Origin: a virus
Direction: 5' to 3' (one strand)
Virus record (IMG/VR): IMGVR_UViG_3300022217_000231
Span: 1,779-65,778 of that record
Length of the DNA stretch: 64,000 bases
The notes under the pieces were generated by a model. That model did not search any database, was not told the origin of the DNA, and worked only from the letters and a program-made list of their open reading frames with translations. Shown here piece by piece: positions 25,104-35,261 of the stretch. A program made the position numbers and the translations under genes. Positions within the stretch are counted from its first letter, which is position 1. Every line of letters begins with the position of its first letter.

Positions 25104-26450
25104 ATGGATATTATAGCTGATACAAGTATAACTGAAATAACTAGTTCTGACGACGTAACTGCTTCCGTAGCTAATGCACCACATTATCAATTACAGTCTA
25201 TGATGAATGAAATAAATATTCATCATAATCAGAATTTAATTCATTCTAATAGTCTTATAATTAGTGGTGGTGATATACAAACTCCTGCTTTAACTGCAGA
25301 AACAGCATTAATAAAAGATTTAGAAATAGAAAATGTAATAGAATGTGCTATAACATGGTATGGAGATTATTCTGGAGATATAAATTCTAGAGTTACTCAA
25401 TTATTTCCATGGAGTAATGCATCTTCTATTCCTTCTTCGGCATTTGATACTTTACCCACAGGTCCTACGTTTGATTCATCTTGGTCACCAAATGGGGAAT
25501 TTTTATCAACTGCTCATGATATTTCTCCATATATCACAATTTATAAAAGATCTGGAAATAAATTTACTAAATTAGCTAATCCTTCAAATTTACCTGGTGA
25601 TATTGCTGATGATACTGACTGGTCACCGAATGGAGAATTCTTGACAGTTATTTATAGAACATTTTCTCCTTATTTAATAAATTATCAAAGATCTGGAACT
25701 ACATTTACTAAATTAGCTGATCCTGCTGTTGCTCCTACTGGACAACCTACTTGTTGCAAATGGTCACCAAATGGAGAATTTTTAGCTGTTGCTCATAATA
25801 ATTCTCCATATATAACTATATATCAAAGATCTGGAACTACATTTACTAAATTAGCTAACCCTTCTACTTTACCAGGATCGCAAAGTAATGGATGTGATTG
25901 GTCACCAAATGGAGAATTTTTAGCTGTTGCTCATAATAATTCTCCATATATAACTATATATCAAAGATCTGGAACTACATTATTTACTAAATTAGATGAT
26001 CCTGCTACTTTACCAGGATCTATAGGAACTTATTGTAAATGGTCACCAAATGGAGAATTTTTAGCAGTTGTAACTTCTTCATCTCCATATATAACTATAT
26101 ATCAAAGATCTGGAACTACATTTACTAAAGTAGCTAATCCTTCTACTTTACCTACTGCAATAGTTAGGAGTTGCTCTTGGTCACCAAATGGAGAATTTTT
26201 ATTAATTGGCTATGAAGCTTATCCTTATTTAATAACTTATCAAAGATCTGGAACTACATTTACTAAATTAGATGATTTTTTTATTTTACCAACTACATCT
26301 TATGGAAATAATTGGTCACCAAATGGAGAATTTTTAGCAGTTGCTTCTTTTTCATCTCCATATATAATAGTTTATCAAACTGCTGGAAATTTACCAGAAT
26401 ATGGTATTATGAAAATATTGAGTCCTATGAAAAATGATACTAATTTTTAA
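25104..26450 (+). CDS. Putative fibre/receptor-binding protein with seven-bladed WD40-like beta-propeller
   Basis: Seven WSPNGEFL...SPY...YQRSG.TFTK repeats; late promoter at 25073. Confidence 0.75.
   Translation: MDIIADTSITEITSSDDVTASVANAPHYQLQSMMNEINIHHNQNLIHSNSLIISGGDIQTPALTAETALIKDLEIENVIECAITWYGDYSGDINSRVTQLFPWSNASSIPSSAFDTLPTGPTFDSSWSPNGEFLSTAHDISPYITIYKRSGNKFTKLANPSNLPGDIADDTDWSPNGEFLTVIYRTFSPYLINYQRSGTTFTKLADPAVAPTGQPTCCKWSPNGEFLAVAHNNSPYITIYQRSGTTFTKLANPSTLPGSQSNGCDWSPNGEFLAVAHNNSPYITIYQRSGTTLFTKLDDPATLPGSIGTYCKWSPNGEFLAVVTSSSPYITIYQRSGTTFTKVANPSTLPTAIVRSCSWSPNGEFLLIGYEAYPYLITYQRSGTTFTKLDDFFILPTTSYGNNWSPNGEFLAVASFSSPYIIVYQTAGNLPEYGIMKILSPMKNDTNF
25482..26380 (+). repeat. Seven coding tandem repeats of ~135-141 nt
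   Basis: TGGTCACC(A/G)AATGG(A/G)GAATT units; units at 25761 and 25899 are identical over ~82 nt. Confidence 0.9.
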
Positions 26451-26454
26451 ACTT

Positions 26455-27024
26455 TTAAAAATCTACTTTTAATCCTATTTTATAGTTATTATATATAGTT
26501 CCTATTTCTATAAATGAAACTCCATATAAGAATTTATCTCTATCTAAAAACCAATGTTCTTCTGGTAGAAGATGAGCTATAGTTAATGTACCTATAATGG
26601 CTAAAGGCATATATGTATCTACTTCTCCTATCGAAGGATTTTTTCCTAAATAAATATTAGTTTTTTCATAATATTTATAATCACACCACCATGAACCATC
26701 TTTATATATTATACATCTATCTTTATTTCTTTTAACTATATATCTAGTTTGTCCCCAATCTATACCGGTAGTAATAACAACAATTGTACCTAAAGTAACA
26801 CTTTTTTTATCCCAACCAAAAAAACTAAATTTTTTAATACTTTTTATATCTTTATTTTCATCATATTGAAAATTATTTTTTAATAATTTTTTAGATTCAT
26901 AATATTCTTCTAAAATTGACATATTAGAAAAAATTTTTAATTCTGTAGCATAAGACTCAGAATTAAATCCAATTAATACCCCCAATAAATATAAAATAAC
27001 TATTTTTCTATTTTTCATTTTCAA
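26455..27024 (-). CDS. Secreted / outer-membrane-like protein in an early cassette
   Basis: N-terminal signal peptide (KNRKIVILYLLGVLIG...SYA) and C-terminal YKIGLKVDF beta-signal-like end. Confidence 0.5.
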   Translation of the reverse strand: MKMKNRKIVILYLLGVLIGFNSESYATELKIFSNMSILEEYYESKKLLKNNFQYDENKDIKSIKKFSFFGWDKKSVTLGTIVVITTGIDWGQTRYIVKRNKDRCIIYKDGSWWCDYKYYEKTNIYLGKNPSIGEVDTYMPLAIIGTLTIAHLLPEEHWFLDRDKFLYGVSFIEIGTIYNNYKIGLKVDF

Positions 27025-27054
27025 TCTCCTTTTAATTATTTAATTTATAAATTA

Positions 27055-27083
27055 ATTATATTATATCACAAACCTAAAGTCAA
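27055..27083 (-). promoter_or_regulatory. sigma70 early promoter module (copy 2)
   Basis: TTGACT-17-TATAAT, AAGGAGATTGAAAATG RBS. Confidence 0.8.
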
Positions 27084-27150
27084 GTAAAATATTTTTTATA
27101 TAAATAATTAAAAAATATTATATTTATATGGTGGGAATAAATTATTAAAA

Positions 27151-27492
27151 ATGTTGTATTTATCATGGGTAGGAATATATGTAAAATTACATGATTCTAT
27201 TTCTTTAACTAATGTATATAATTTAGCTCCAACAATGACTGATCCAAAATTATGGAATACAAATCAATATAAATTAATACAAGATTTTGATGAAGATGGA
27301 ATAGAGTATACTTTTATGTCATTATTTTTTTTAAATAATACCGATAGAACTACTTTTCTTAATAGTGTAAATAGTACTATTAATTTTAATTCATGTTTAT
27401 CTGGTAGTTATATAAAAACATCAAAATGTTATCATCATAATATAGAAATGAATAAACTTGATGAAATTGAAAATATAGAGGTAATAGTTTAA
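27151..27492 (+). CDS. Hypothetical late protein
   Basis: 113-aa ORF downstream of TATAAATA at 27099. Confidence 0.5.
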   Translation: MLYLSWVGIYVKLHDSISLTNVYNLAPTMTDPKLWNTNQYKLIQDFDEDGIEYTFMSLFFLNNTDRTTFLNSVNSTINFNSCLSGSYIKTSKCYHHNIEMNKLDEIENIEVIV

Positions 27493-27494
27493 TA

Positions 27495-28256
27495 ATGTCT
27501 ATTATTTCTATAAAAAATAAATTAGTTTCTTCATGGCCTATAAATGAGTTATCAGGGGAAAACATAGAAGATGTTTGGGGTTCTAATAATGCAATATCAT
27601 ATGGAACCATAATAAATAGTACAGATCCTAAGCTTGGTACTGCGTGTAGAACTTTTGATGGGTTGAATGATTATATTGTAGCTACTGGATATAAAGGTGT
27701 ATTAGGTACTGCTCCTAGATCCTTTACAGCATGGATACGAACTTCTAGTAATGATACACAAACTATATTTTCATATGGATGGGCCGGTGGGGCATTTCAA
27801 CATTTAAGATTAGTACTTGGACCTGAAAATAATCTTTTTGTAAGGACTATAGGTGGTGTAGTTCAATGGCCTACACCACCCATAGTTGATAATAATTGGC
27901 ATCATGTTGTTATGGTTATATATGATGGTGGAATTTTTAGTGAAATGGATGTTTATTTAGATGGGCAATTATTAACATCTAGTAATCCTCCAGGAGGTAA
28001 TTTAAATACTGTTGGAGTAGATGATTTTACAATAGGAGCACGCTCATATTTAACAGGGGCATATTTTAATGGTGATATTGATGCAGCTCATTTTTTTGAT
28101 GATGCCTTAACTAGTGAAGAAATTTCAATTTTATATAATGATGGAATAGGAGTAGAAATAGGAGTTTCGTCCTTTTCAAAAGCTAAATTAATTAATGCTG
28201 GTGGAAATCTAGGAGGATTATCTCGTTCGACTTTAAATAATTTAGGTGGAATATAA
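27495..28256 (+). CDS. LamG / concanavalin-A-like lectin-domain virion protein
   Basis: FDG..DYI; SFTAWI.T; WHHVV; VYLDG; F.IG.R......FNG.ID....F..AL...EI..LY. Confidence 0.85.
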   Translation: MSIISIKNKLVSSWPINELSGENIEDVWGSNNAISYGTIINSTDPKLGTACRTFDGLNDYIVATGYKGVLGTAPRSFTAWIRTSSNDTQTIFSYGWAGGAFQHLRLVLGPENNLFVRTIGGVVQWPTPPIVDNNWHHVVMVIYDGGIFSEMDVYLDGQLLTSSNPPGGNLNTVGVDDFTIGARSYLTGAYFNGDIDAAHFFDDALTSEEISILYNDGIGVEIGVSSFSKAKLINAGGNLGGLSRSTLNNLGGI

Positions 28257-28258
28257 TT

Positions 28259-28672
28259 ATGAGAGAAATAAAACAAAATTCTGATGCAAATATTAAATTG
28301 TTTTTTGCATCAGACGCAGATCATATAACAGGTAAAACAGGATTATCAATAGATATAGAAATTTCTAAAGATAATGAAAGTACATTTACTAATATTATTT
28401 CTGCCGCCAATAATTTAGAAATAGGATATGGATGGTATCAAATACCATTATATAATTCTAACAATCATACTGATACTTTAGGAGATTTAATAATTAGAGG
28501 AACGGGAATTGATGCGGATCCAGCAGAAAGAGTATTATCTATTGTAGAAAATATAGAATCTGATACATATAGTACAGTTCAACCACTAAGTGGAGATTTT
28601 TTAAGTATTAAAGGATCAGGTTTTGATACTAACCAACATAGTTTAACAAAAATTAAAAATAGAATAGGATAA
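28259..28672 (+). CDS. Putative structural protein
   Basis: F....DH.TG.TGL......SK; G.GWY...L....T.TLG.L. Confidence 0.5.
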   Translation: MREIKQNSDANIKLFFASDADHITGKTGLSIDIEISKDNESTFTNIISAANNLEIGYGWYQIPLYNSNNHTDTLGDLIIRGTGIDADPAERVLSIVENIESDTYSTVQPLSGDFLSIKGSGFDTNQHSLTKIKNRIG

Positions 28673-28674
28673 GT

Positions 28675-29232
28675 ATGGCGGCAATTAATATAGTAGATAG
28701 TGTAAAAATTCAAAATGATACAAATGATTTATTACAAATTGATTCAATTACAAATAGCGCTTATATCATACCTGTAGAACATGGATATATTCATAAAGGT
28801 TTAGGATTTTTTTTATCACATTCAACTATCGTAGATGCAAATAATAATTATGATATATTATTGATTAATCCTACTAATAATAATTTACATTTAATGAATC
28901 ATAATGCTACTGCTGCTTTTTCTCCTGGAGAATTTAGCATATATGAAGATGCTATAATTAATGATAATGGATCTTCATTAACTATAAAAAATTCTAATAG
29001 ATTATCATCTAATATACCTAATGCAACAATCTATGAAAATCCTAATATTAATGATATAGGTTATGAATTAGATTGTGATTTTATAATAGGTTCAAAGGTT
29101 TCCGGTGGTATTACGTCAGAAATATCATTTGAATGGATTTTAAAGCAAAATAGTAATTATATATTTCGGTATAAAAATAATTCAGGAATTGCTGCAGATT
29201 TAAATATTAAATTATTCTTTTTAGAGGTATAA
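28675..29232 (+). CDS. Putative structural protein
   Basis: H..IH.G..F; EW.LK.NS.Y.FR..N.SG; lies in late operon. Confidence 0.45.
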   Translation: MAAINIVDSVKIQNDTNDLLQIDSITNSAYIIPVEHGYIHKGLGFFLSHSTIVDANNNYDILLINPTNNNLHLMNHNATAAFSPGEFSIYEDAIINDNGSSLTIKNSNRLSSNIPNATIYENPNINDIGYELDCDFIIGSKVSGGITSEISFEWILKQNSNYIFRYKNNSGIAADLNIKLFFLEV

Positions 29233-29233
29233 A

Positions 29234-29956
29234 ATGAGAAATCGTAACTATATATCATCTAATGGTGAAAGAAATTCTATAGCCATAATTGCACAAGGAT
29301 CTGATATTTGGCCTGGAACAGCTACTAGTTTAGTAATTCCTCCATCTGCTGGAGAGCAAATGCAAATTGTTTGTGCTGATTCTAATGATACTTTTAATGG
29401 AACAGGTATTCAAGAATTAGATATTCATTATTTAGATGGCAGTGGAAATTCTCAAATAACTAGTATTTCCACAAATGGTGGAACAAAAGATATACCTATA
29501 ATGGACATGAAATTTATTCAAGAATTACATGCTAGCAAAGTAGGAAATAATAATGCAGCTGTAGGTAATATTGAAATACGAAGTTTAAATACATTAGATG
29601 TATATAATATAATTTTAGCTAATTATACAACATCTATGACTATAAATAAAATGGTTCCAGCTGGTAAAACTCTTTATTTAACTCAATGGAATGCTACTGC
29701 TTCTGGAAAAACTGGAGCTACCTTTTATTTAAAATCTACAGATCATCATAATGAATTATTTAATTCAAATAATCCAATATTTATAATAAAAGATACAGCA
29801 GCATTAGAAAATTCTTCTTTTTCTAAAAGTTGGGCAATTGAAGAATGGATACCTATACCTGAGTTATCTATAATAAAAATATCAGTTATAGCCCCAGATC
29901 AAGCAGGTGCTGATGTATCTGCTAGTTGGTCAGGCATATTAATAGGAAATAATTAA
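29234..29956 (+). CDS. Putative structural protein
   Basis: Q.V.....D...GTG.....I..LD; YTVPAGK-like MVPAGKTLY. Confidence 0.45.
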   Translation: MRNRNYISSNGERNSIAIIAQGSDIWPGTATSLVIPPSAGEQMQIVCADSNDTFNGTGIQELDIHYLDGSGNSQITSISTNGGTKDIPIMDMKFIQELHASKVGNNNAAVGNIEIRSLNTLDVYNIILANYTTSMTINKMVPAGKTLYLTQWNATASGKTGATFYLKSTDHHNELFNSNNPIFIIKDTAALENSSFSKSWAIEEWIPIPELSIIKISVIAPDQAGADVSASWSGILIGNN

Positions 29957-29964
29957 GGATTTGC

Positions 29965-30912
29965 ATGCAAACTTATTTTAAACATGGTATGGGAGATACT
30001 ATTAGATTATATTTTGAAATTTTTAAAAATAATATCGGTCAAATAGGAGAATTTCCAACAGTAGCTATTCAAAAACAATCTACATCTGAATGGTTAAATG
30101 ATAGTAAAGATACCTGGCAAATTACATATAATGAAATATCTTTAACAGAAACAACATCGGGAAATTTACCAGGAATATATCATTTAGATATTACACATAT
30201 TGATAATACATCAGAAACTTATAATTGTTATTTTAAGAATACTGGAATAAATACTGGCAATGATTTCGAAAATCATATCTTCACCGGAGCAGTTTATGTT
30301 CCAGATACTTCAACATATGATTCAGATACTGTTCTTGGTAATTTAGACCAGATAAAAAATAAAGATGGTAACAGAACATTTGATCAATCTACAGATTCTT
30401 TAGAAGCTATTGTCGATATAGGTATTAGTTCATTAACATTAGAAGAAATAGAAAATTCAGCAATATTATCTAAAGAAGCAACTCTATTATCAATAAGTGG
30501 AGATATTGCAAAAATAGATGATGGTCTTTTTAGTGAAGGAGGATCTATTTCTAAAGTAATTGTACAACCAGTTCAAGGTAATTTTAATTATGCTCGAATA
30601 AAAAAACAAGAAGTAGAAATTAAACTAGGAGATTCTCCTTCTATTTCTTATAATCTTAATAGTGATATTTCTAGTTATTCAGTATGGTTTATGGCTAAAG
30701 AAACTTATGATACTACTACTATAGCAATAAGCTCTAGAGAAATAACGAATTATGTTTCAGATGCTACTATTGGTATTGGTACTATTCCACTAAGTATAGA
30801 AGATACTAATATTGAACCAGGTGATTATATAGGAGAAATTCAATTACGTAATAATAATATAATTTTAACTCCTTCAGAATTTAAATTAAAATTATTAAAT
30901 TCTATTTTTTAA
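29965..30912 (+). CDS. Putative structural protein with BppU-like C-terminus
   Basis: C-terminal ...IPLS..DT.I.PG.Y.GEIQL....I.T....F.L. Confidence 0.45.
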   Translation: MQTYFKHGMGDTIRLYFEIFKNNIGQIGEFPTVAIQKQSTSEWLNDSKDTWQITYNEISLTETTSGNLPGIYHLDITHIDNTSETYNCYFKNTGINTGNDFENHIFTGAVYVPDTSTYDSDTVLGNLDQIKNKDGNRTFDQSTDSLEAIVDIGISSLTLEEIENSAILSKEATLLSISGDIAKIDDGLFSEGGSISKVIVQPVQGNFNYARIKKQEVEIKLGDSPSISYNLNSDISSYSVWFMAKETYDTTTIAISSREITNYVSDATIGIGTIPLSIEDTNIEPGDYIGEIQLRNNNIILTPSEFKLKLLNSIF

Positions 30913-30933
30913 AATATAAAAATAAAAAGTATT

Positions 30934-31281
30934 ATGAAAAATGAAGAAATAAATAAATTAATTAGTAAAACTATTGAAAAAACTATATTTGAATTAAATA
31001 AAAATAATGAAGATATTATAGAAGCCGCTGTCAAAAAAATATTGTTAAAAAATCCATTTAAAGAATGTTTATTAAAACTAACTTTAGATGAAAAAAAAGA
31101 ATTTATAGAAGCAATACCTGATTTAATTACATTACATAAAAATATGGTAAGTGCAAAAAAAGGCGCAAAAAAAGTATTATGGGTTTTTGTAGCTATTGCT
31201 ATTGCTAATACATATAATGAAATATTAGAATTTTTTCAATATATATTAAGTTTACTAAAGGGTACTGATATATCCAAATAA
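30934..31281 (+). CDS. Small membrane protein (possible holin)
   Basis: Single C-proximal hydrophobic helix (KKVLWVFVAIAIA); last gene of the late structural block. Confidence 0.35.
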   Translation: MKNEEINKLISKTIEKTIFELNKNNEDIIEAAVKKILLKNPFKECLLKLTLDEKKEFIEAIPDLITLHKNMVSAKKGAKKVLWVFVAIAIANTYNEILEFFQYILSLLKGTDISK

Positions 31282-31287
31282 TAAAAC

Positions 31288-31317
31288 TTGACTTTTTAAT
31301 TGAAAATAATTTATAAT
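31288..31317 (+). promoter_or_regulatory. sigma70-like promoter upstream of the glycosyltransferase cluster
   Basis: TTGACT-18 bp-TATAAT followed by GGAGG RBS and TTG start at 31350. Confidence 0.55.
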
Positions 31318-31349
31318 ATATAGATATAAAAAATCATGGAGGTGATTCT

Positions 31350-32933
31350 TTGAAAAAAATTTCCATCATTATTCCCAACCAAGATCATTACTTAGATCTT
31401 AAAAAATGTTTAGAATCAATATGCTTTTCTACTGAATATTATACCGAAATCATTATTGTTGAAAATAACTCAACAGATTCTGAAATTTTTAAATATTATT
31501 TAACTCTTAACCTATGTACAGAATATTCTAATTTTAAATATAAGATAATAACATGGAATAAACCATTTAATTTTTCAAAAATTATAAATTATGGTGTTAA
31601 ACATAGTTCTGGAGAATATATACTTATTTTAAATAATGATACTAAATTAATCTCTTCTAATAATTGGCTTGAAAAAATGGTAAATGCTTTGGATAAAGAT
31701 AAAATAGGAGTAGTAGGACCTATTCTTCTTTATCCAGATAATACTATTCAACATGCAGGAGTTAATATTAATCATGGATATCATCCATATCATAAAAATT
31801 TAAAATTAGATAAAAATTTATATGATTATTATTTTAAAGTATCTCCCACTGAAACAGTAGTTGCTATAACTGGTGCATGTTTAATGACTAAAAAAGAATT
31901 ATTTGTTAAAGTAAAAGGATTTGATGAAAAATATCCTTTAGCTTTAAGTGATATAGATTATTGTATGAAATTAAGATCTAAAGGTTATAGTTCTGTATTA
32001 ACTTCAGATGTGACTTTGATACATTATGAATCACAAACTAGAGGATATGAGGATACCCCAGAAAAACAAAAAAGATTTTTAAAAGAATCTAGATATTTTC
32101 ATCATAAATGGTTGAAATATATACAAATTAATAAGATTAAATCATCACTAGATTTACCAATTACTAATATAGTTATGACTACATTTAATAGATTAGAATA
32201 TGTTAAACAATCAATTAAAAGTTTAATCGAAATGACATCTAAAACGTATCCATATATGATTACTTGTATAGATAATGGTAGTACTGATGGAACTAAAGAA
32301 TATTTACAAAAATTATATAAAAATAAAAAAATACATACATTAGTTCTTATAGATGAAAATATAGGAATTGCTAAATCACAAAATATAGGATGGCAATTAT
32401 TTAAAACTGATTTGACTATGAAATATGACTCCGACGTAGTAATGACTAAAAAGAATTGGATTGATGACATGATACCAATTATTATGAATGTTAGACAAAT
32501 TGGGGCATTAGGTTATAATTGTGAAGAAACTAGTTATGCTATACGAGAAGTTGGACCCTTTAAAATTAGACCTAAAGGTGGTAATATAGGTGGCGCTAGC
32601 TTTATGATGAGAAAAGATGTTATCGAGAAATTAGGTTATTGGTGTGAAAATTTAGGAAAATATGGAGAAGAAGATGCTTTAAAGGGAGCTCAAATTGCAT
32701 ATTCCGGATTAGCTAATTGTTATATGGAAGATGAAAAATGTATGATACATCTTCCAGATAAACAAGATGATTATAGAAAATTTAAAGATGAAGAAAGAAA
32801 TGAAAATTTAAAGAAAGATTCTAATTTCTGGAAAATATTAAATGAATATAAAAAAGGAAATATTATAAAAGATATACCTACGATTATAGAAAATTATAAA
32901 GACAAAATTCAAATATTAAGTTATATAAAATGA
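31350..32933 (+). CDS. Two-domain GT2 family glycosyltransferase
   Basis: ISIIIP...EIIIVENNS...ILILNNDT...TGACLM...GFDE..SD.DYC; second domain IVMTTFNR...IDNGSTDGT...KYDSDV. Confidence 0.9.
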   Translation: MKKISIIIPNQDHYLDLKKCLESICFSTEYYTEIIIVENNSTDSEIFKYYLTLNLCTEYSNFKYKIITWNKPFNFSKIINYGVKHSSGEYILILNNDTKLISSNNWLEKMVNALDKDKIGVVGPILLYPDNTIQHAGVNINHGYHPYHKNLKLDKNLYDYYFKVSPTETVVAITGACLMTKKELFVKVKGFDEKYPLALSDIDYCMKLRSKGYSSVLTSDVTLIHYESQTRGYEDTPEKQKRFLKESRYFHHKWLKYIQINKIKSSLDLPITNIVMTTFNRLEYVKQSIKSLIEMTSKTYPYMITCIDNGSTDGTKEYLQKLYKNKKIHTLVLIDENIGIAKSQNIGWQLFKTDLTMKYDSDVVMTKKNWIDDMIPIIMNVRQIGALGYNCEETSYAIREVGPFKIRPKGGNIGGASFMMRKDVIEKLGYWCENLGKYGEEDALKGAQIAYSGLANCYMEDEKCMIHLPDKQDDYRKFKDEERNENLKKDSNFWKILNEYKKGNIIKDIPTIIENYKDKIQILSYIK

Positions 32934-33340
32934 AAACTAAAGAATTAATAAAATTATTACAAGAAGCTGACCCTGATGGTAATGAAGAAGTATGTGTAGA
33001 TAATATGTCTATTTTTGAAGTATATAAAGAAGCAGCTTATTATGATGGATCTTTACAAATATTAAAAACAAATTCTAATGGTCATATATCAGGAGGAATT
33101 ATTAGAAGATCTGGTAATAAAATACAAATACGAGTTTTAGATTTAGAAGAGGCAGTTTTTTGTCATGTTGAAAGACAATATAATCAATATAATAAATTAC
33201 GGGAAAATTTTCATATAGAAGTAATTGGAGATACTTATAATGGTAAACCTAAGCATTCATATGATGAAAGAATTAAACAATGGCACGATAATGCTATAAA
33301 AATTATAGAAAGTGTCAGAAATAAGGAGAATTTAAAATGA
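32930..33340 (+). CDS. Hypothetical protein
   Basis: MKTKELI..LQE.DP.G start common among phage hypotheticals; overlapping stop/start. Confidence 0.5.
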   Translation: MKTKELIKLLQEADPDGNEEVCVDNMSIFEVYKEAAYYDGSLQILKTNSNGHISGGIIRRSGNKIQIRVLDLEEAVFCHVERQYNQYNKLRENFHIEVIGDTYNGKPKHSYDERIKQWHDNAIKIIESVRNKENLK

Positions 33341-33615
33341 GTGAAATAATTAAAAAGTTAACAATTAAACTTGGGAAAAAAGAAATTGACATAACACCTG
33401 AAGAAGCTAAACAGTTATATTTAGAATTAGATAAAATTTTTGGTACAGCGTCACCAACATATATTCCTGTGCCATATAAAGAACCTATTACATATCCTTG
33501 GAAAAGACCATATATTTGGTGGTATACTGATACAGGTATTAATCCTGTAATAGATGATAAATTTAAGATTACATATACTACTAATAATCAATTACTTTGT
33601 GAATCTATAAAATAA
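33337..33615 (+). CDS. Hypothetical protein
   Basis: AAGGAG RBS, coupled start. Confidence 0.5.
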   Translation: MSEIIKKLTIKLGKKEIDITPEEAKQLYLELDKIFGTASPTYIPVPYKEPITYPWKRPYIWWYTDTGINPVIDDKFKITYTTNNQLLCESIK

Positions 33616-33626
33616 ATAATAAAACT

Positions 33627-34418
33627 ATGATAACAAGTAATTTATGTGGCGGTTTAGGAAATCAAATGTTTCAAATTTCAGCTGCGTATGCTTTAGCTTT
33701 AGAAAATAATAATAAAGCCATTTTTAATTTAGATGAGGGAACTTTCCCTCATCATCCACCATCATATTATGCTGATACTATATTTAGAAAATTAGAATTA
33801 GGAAATATTACAAATCCTAACATCTATCAAGAACCAAATTTTTATTATGATGAAATTCCTTACGTTGATTTTAAGAATGGAATTTGTCTAGAGGGATATT
33901 TTCAATCTGAAAAATATTTTAAAAAATATAGAAAAGAAATATTAGAATTATTTGAACCAACAACTCAAATAAACAATTACATTCATTATAAATATGGTCA
34001 TTTATTTGAAAAAGATACAATAGGATTGCATGTTAGACGTGGTGATTATTTACAATATCAAGATCATCATCCTATTTGTAATATTTTTTATTATAATAAA
34101 GCTTTATTTGAAATATGTGGAGATGTTAGATGTCATCCACATAATATATTAGTTTTTTCAGATGATCCGGAATGGTGTAGAAATAATTTTAAATCTGATA
34201 ATTTTACTATAATTGAAGAAGAATCTGATATAATAGATTTATATTTAATGTCTAAATGTCAACATCAAGTGATTGCCAATAGTTCATTTTCCTGGTGGGG
34301 TACTTGGTTAAATCAAAATCCTGATAAAAAAGTAGTAGCACCTAAACATTGGTTTGGTAATGCATATTCTCATATAAATACTAAAGATTTAATACCTAAG
34401 GAATGGATAACAGTATGA
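33627..34418 (+). CDS. alpha-1,2-fucosyltransferase (GT11)
   Basis: GGLGNQMFQ; L.GYFQSEKYF; GLHVRRGDY; FSDD.EWC; DL.LMS.C.H.VIANSSFSWWG.WL. Confidence 0.92.
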   Translation: MITSNLCGGLGNQMFQISAAYALALENNNKAIFNLDEGTFPHHPPSYYADTIFRKLELGNITNPNIYQEPNFYYDEIPYVDFKNGICLEGYFQSEKYFKKYRKEILELFEPTTQINNYIHYKYGHLFEKDTIGLHVRRGDYLQYQDHHPICNIFYYNKALFEICGDVRCHPHNILVFSDDPEWCRNNFKSDNFTIIEEESDIIDLYLMSKCQHQVIANSSFSWWGTWLNQNPDKKVVAPKHWFGNAYSHINTKDLIPKEWITV

Positions 34419-34795
34419 AAGATAAAGTAATTTATACAATATGTACAATAGAAAATTTAGGGAGTTATATTAGCCCTTACGAAATTGCTAATTTAAAAGA
34501 ATATTTTAGAAATAAACAATATACAAGAACTCCAGGTTTTTATTTTAATTTAGAAGAAGCACAACAATGTGTAGAAGAGAATTGGGGTCATATATCTGAA
34601 GTTTCATATAAACATGTAGTTATAGAAGAAATGACTGAGGGATTATATGGTGGCAAAAATGTTGGAAATAATAGGGAATGGTGGTATCAATGGCAAGGAG
34701 ATTGGGAAAATGGGAAATATATTCTTGTGAAAAAAGAAGATTTAAAGAAAATAGATGAAAGTATTATGCAAACAGTTAATTGGGGAATTGGATGA
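34403..34795 (+). CDS. Hypothetical protein
   Basis: 130-aa ORF with coupled start. Confidence 0.5.
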   Translation: MDNSMKDKVIYTICTIENLGSYISPYEIANLKEYFRNKQYTRTPGFYFNLEEAQQCVEENWGHISEVSYKHVVIEEMTEGLYGGKNVGNNREWWYQWQGDWENGKYILVKKEDLKKIDESIMQTVNWGIG

Positions 34796-35043
34796 AAAAA
34801 TTAACTCAATCTAAATTAGAATCTTTTATAGAAAGTTTTTTAAATATTATTAGTGGATTTATTATAGCTTTATTAGTTTGGATGTATATTGTGCCTATTC
34901 TATTTAATGTAAAATCTAATTTATCTCAGGGTTTTGGAATAACTTTATTATTTACTTTTATGTCAATTATTAGAAGTTATATCTGGAGGAGATATTTTAA
35001 TAATGTCACTAGAAAAAGAATTCATAAATTTTTGGGAGGATAA
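34780..35043 (+). CDS. Two-TM membrane protein
   Basis: QSK..S..ES..N...GF..A; two hydrophobic helices; RSY..RR.FN. Confidence 0.6.
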   Translation: MGNWMKKLTQSKLESFIESFLNIISGFIIALLVWMYIVPILFNVKSNLSQGFGITLLFTFMSIIRSYIWRRYFNNVTRKRIHKFLGG

Positions 35044-35261
35044 TGAAAAGATTACAGAATATAATAAATAATATTGAAGGTATAACACCAAAATTAAAAG
35101 TTTATAGAGATAATGCTATTAATATTGAAATAAATAAAGATTTAATAATTATGACTCCTTCAGGTAGACCATTAGAAACTAATATACAAAGTGCTATTAA
35201 ATTAGTAAAAGATTACATAAAAAAATCTAAAAATGCGGATATGATTATAGATGAAAAATAA
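35043..35261 (+). CDS. Hypothetical protein
   Basis: 72-aa ORF, coupled. Confidence 0.4.
   Translation: MKRLQNIINNIEGITPKLKVYRDNAINIEINKDLIIMTPSGRPLETNIQSAIKLVKDYIKKSKNADMIIDEK

Noticed and set aside
25482-26380. Tandem repeats as a CRISPR array or DGR template/variable region
   Set aside because: They are in-frame coding repeats of a beta-propeller. There are no unique spacers or cas genes, no reverse transcriptase is seen, and differences are not restricted to adenines.
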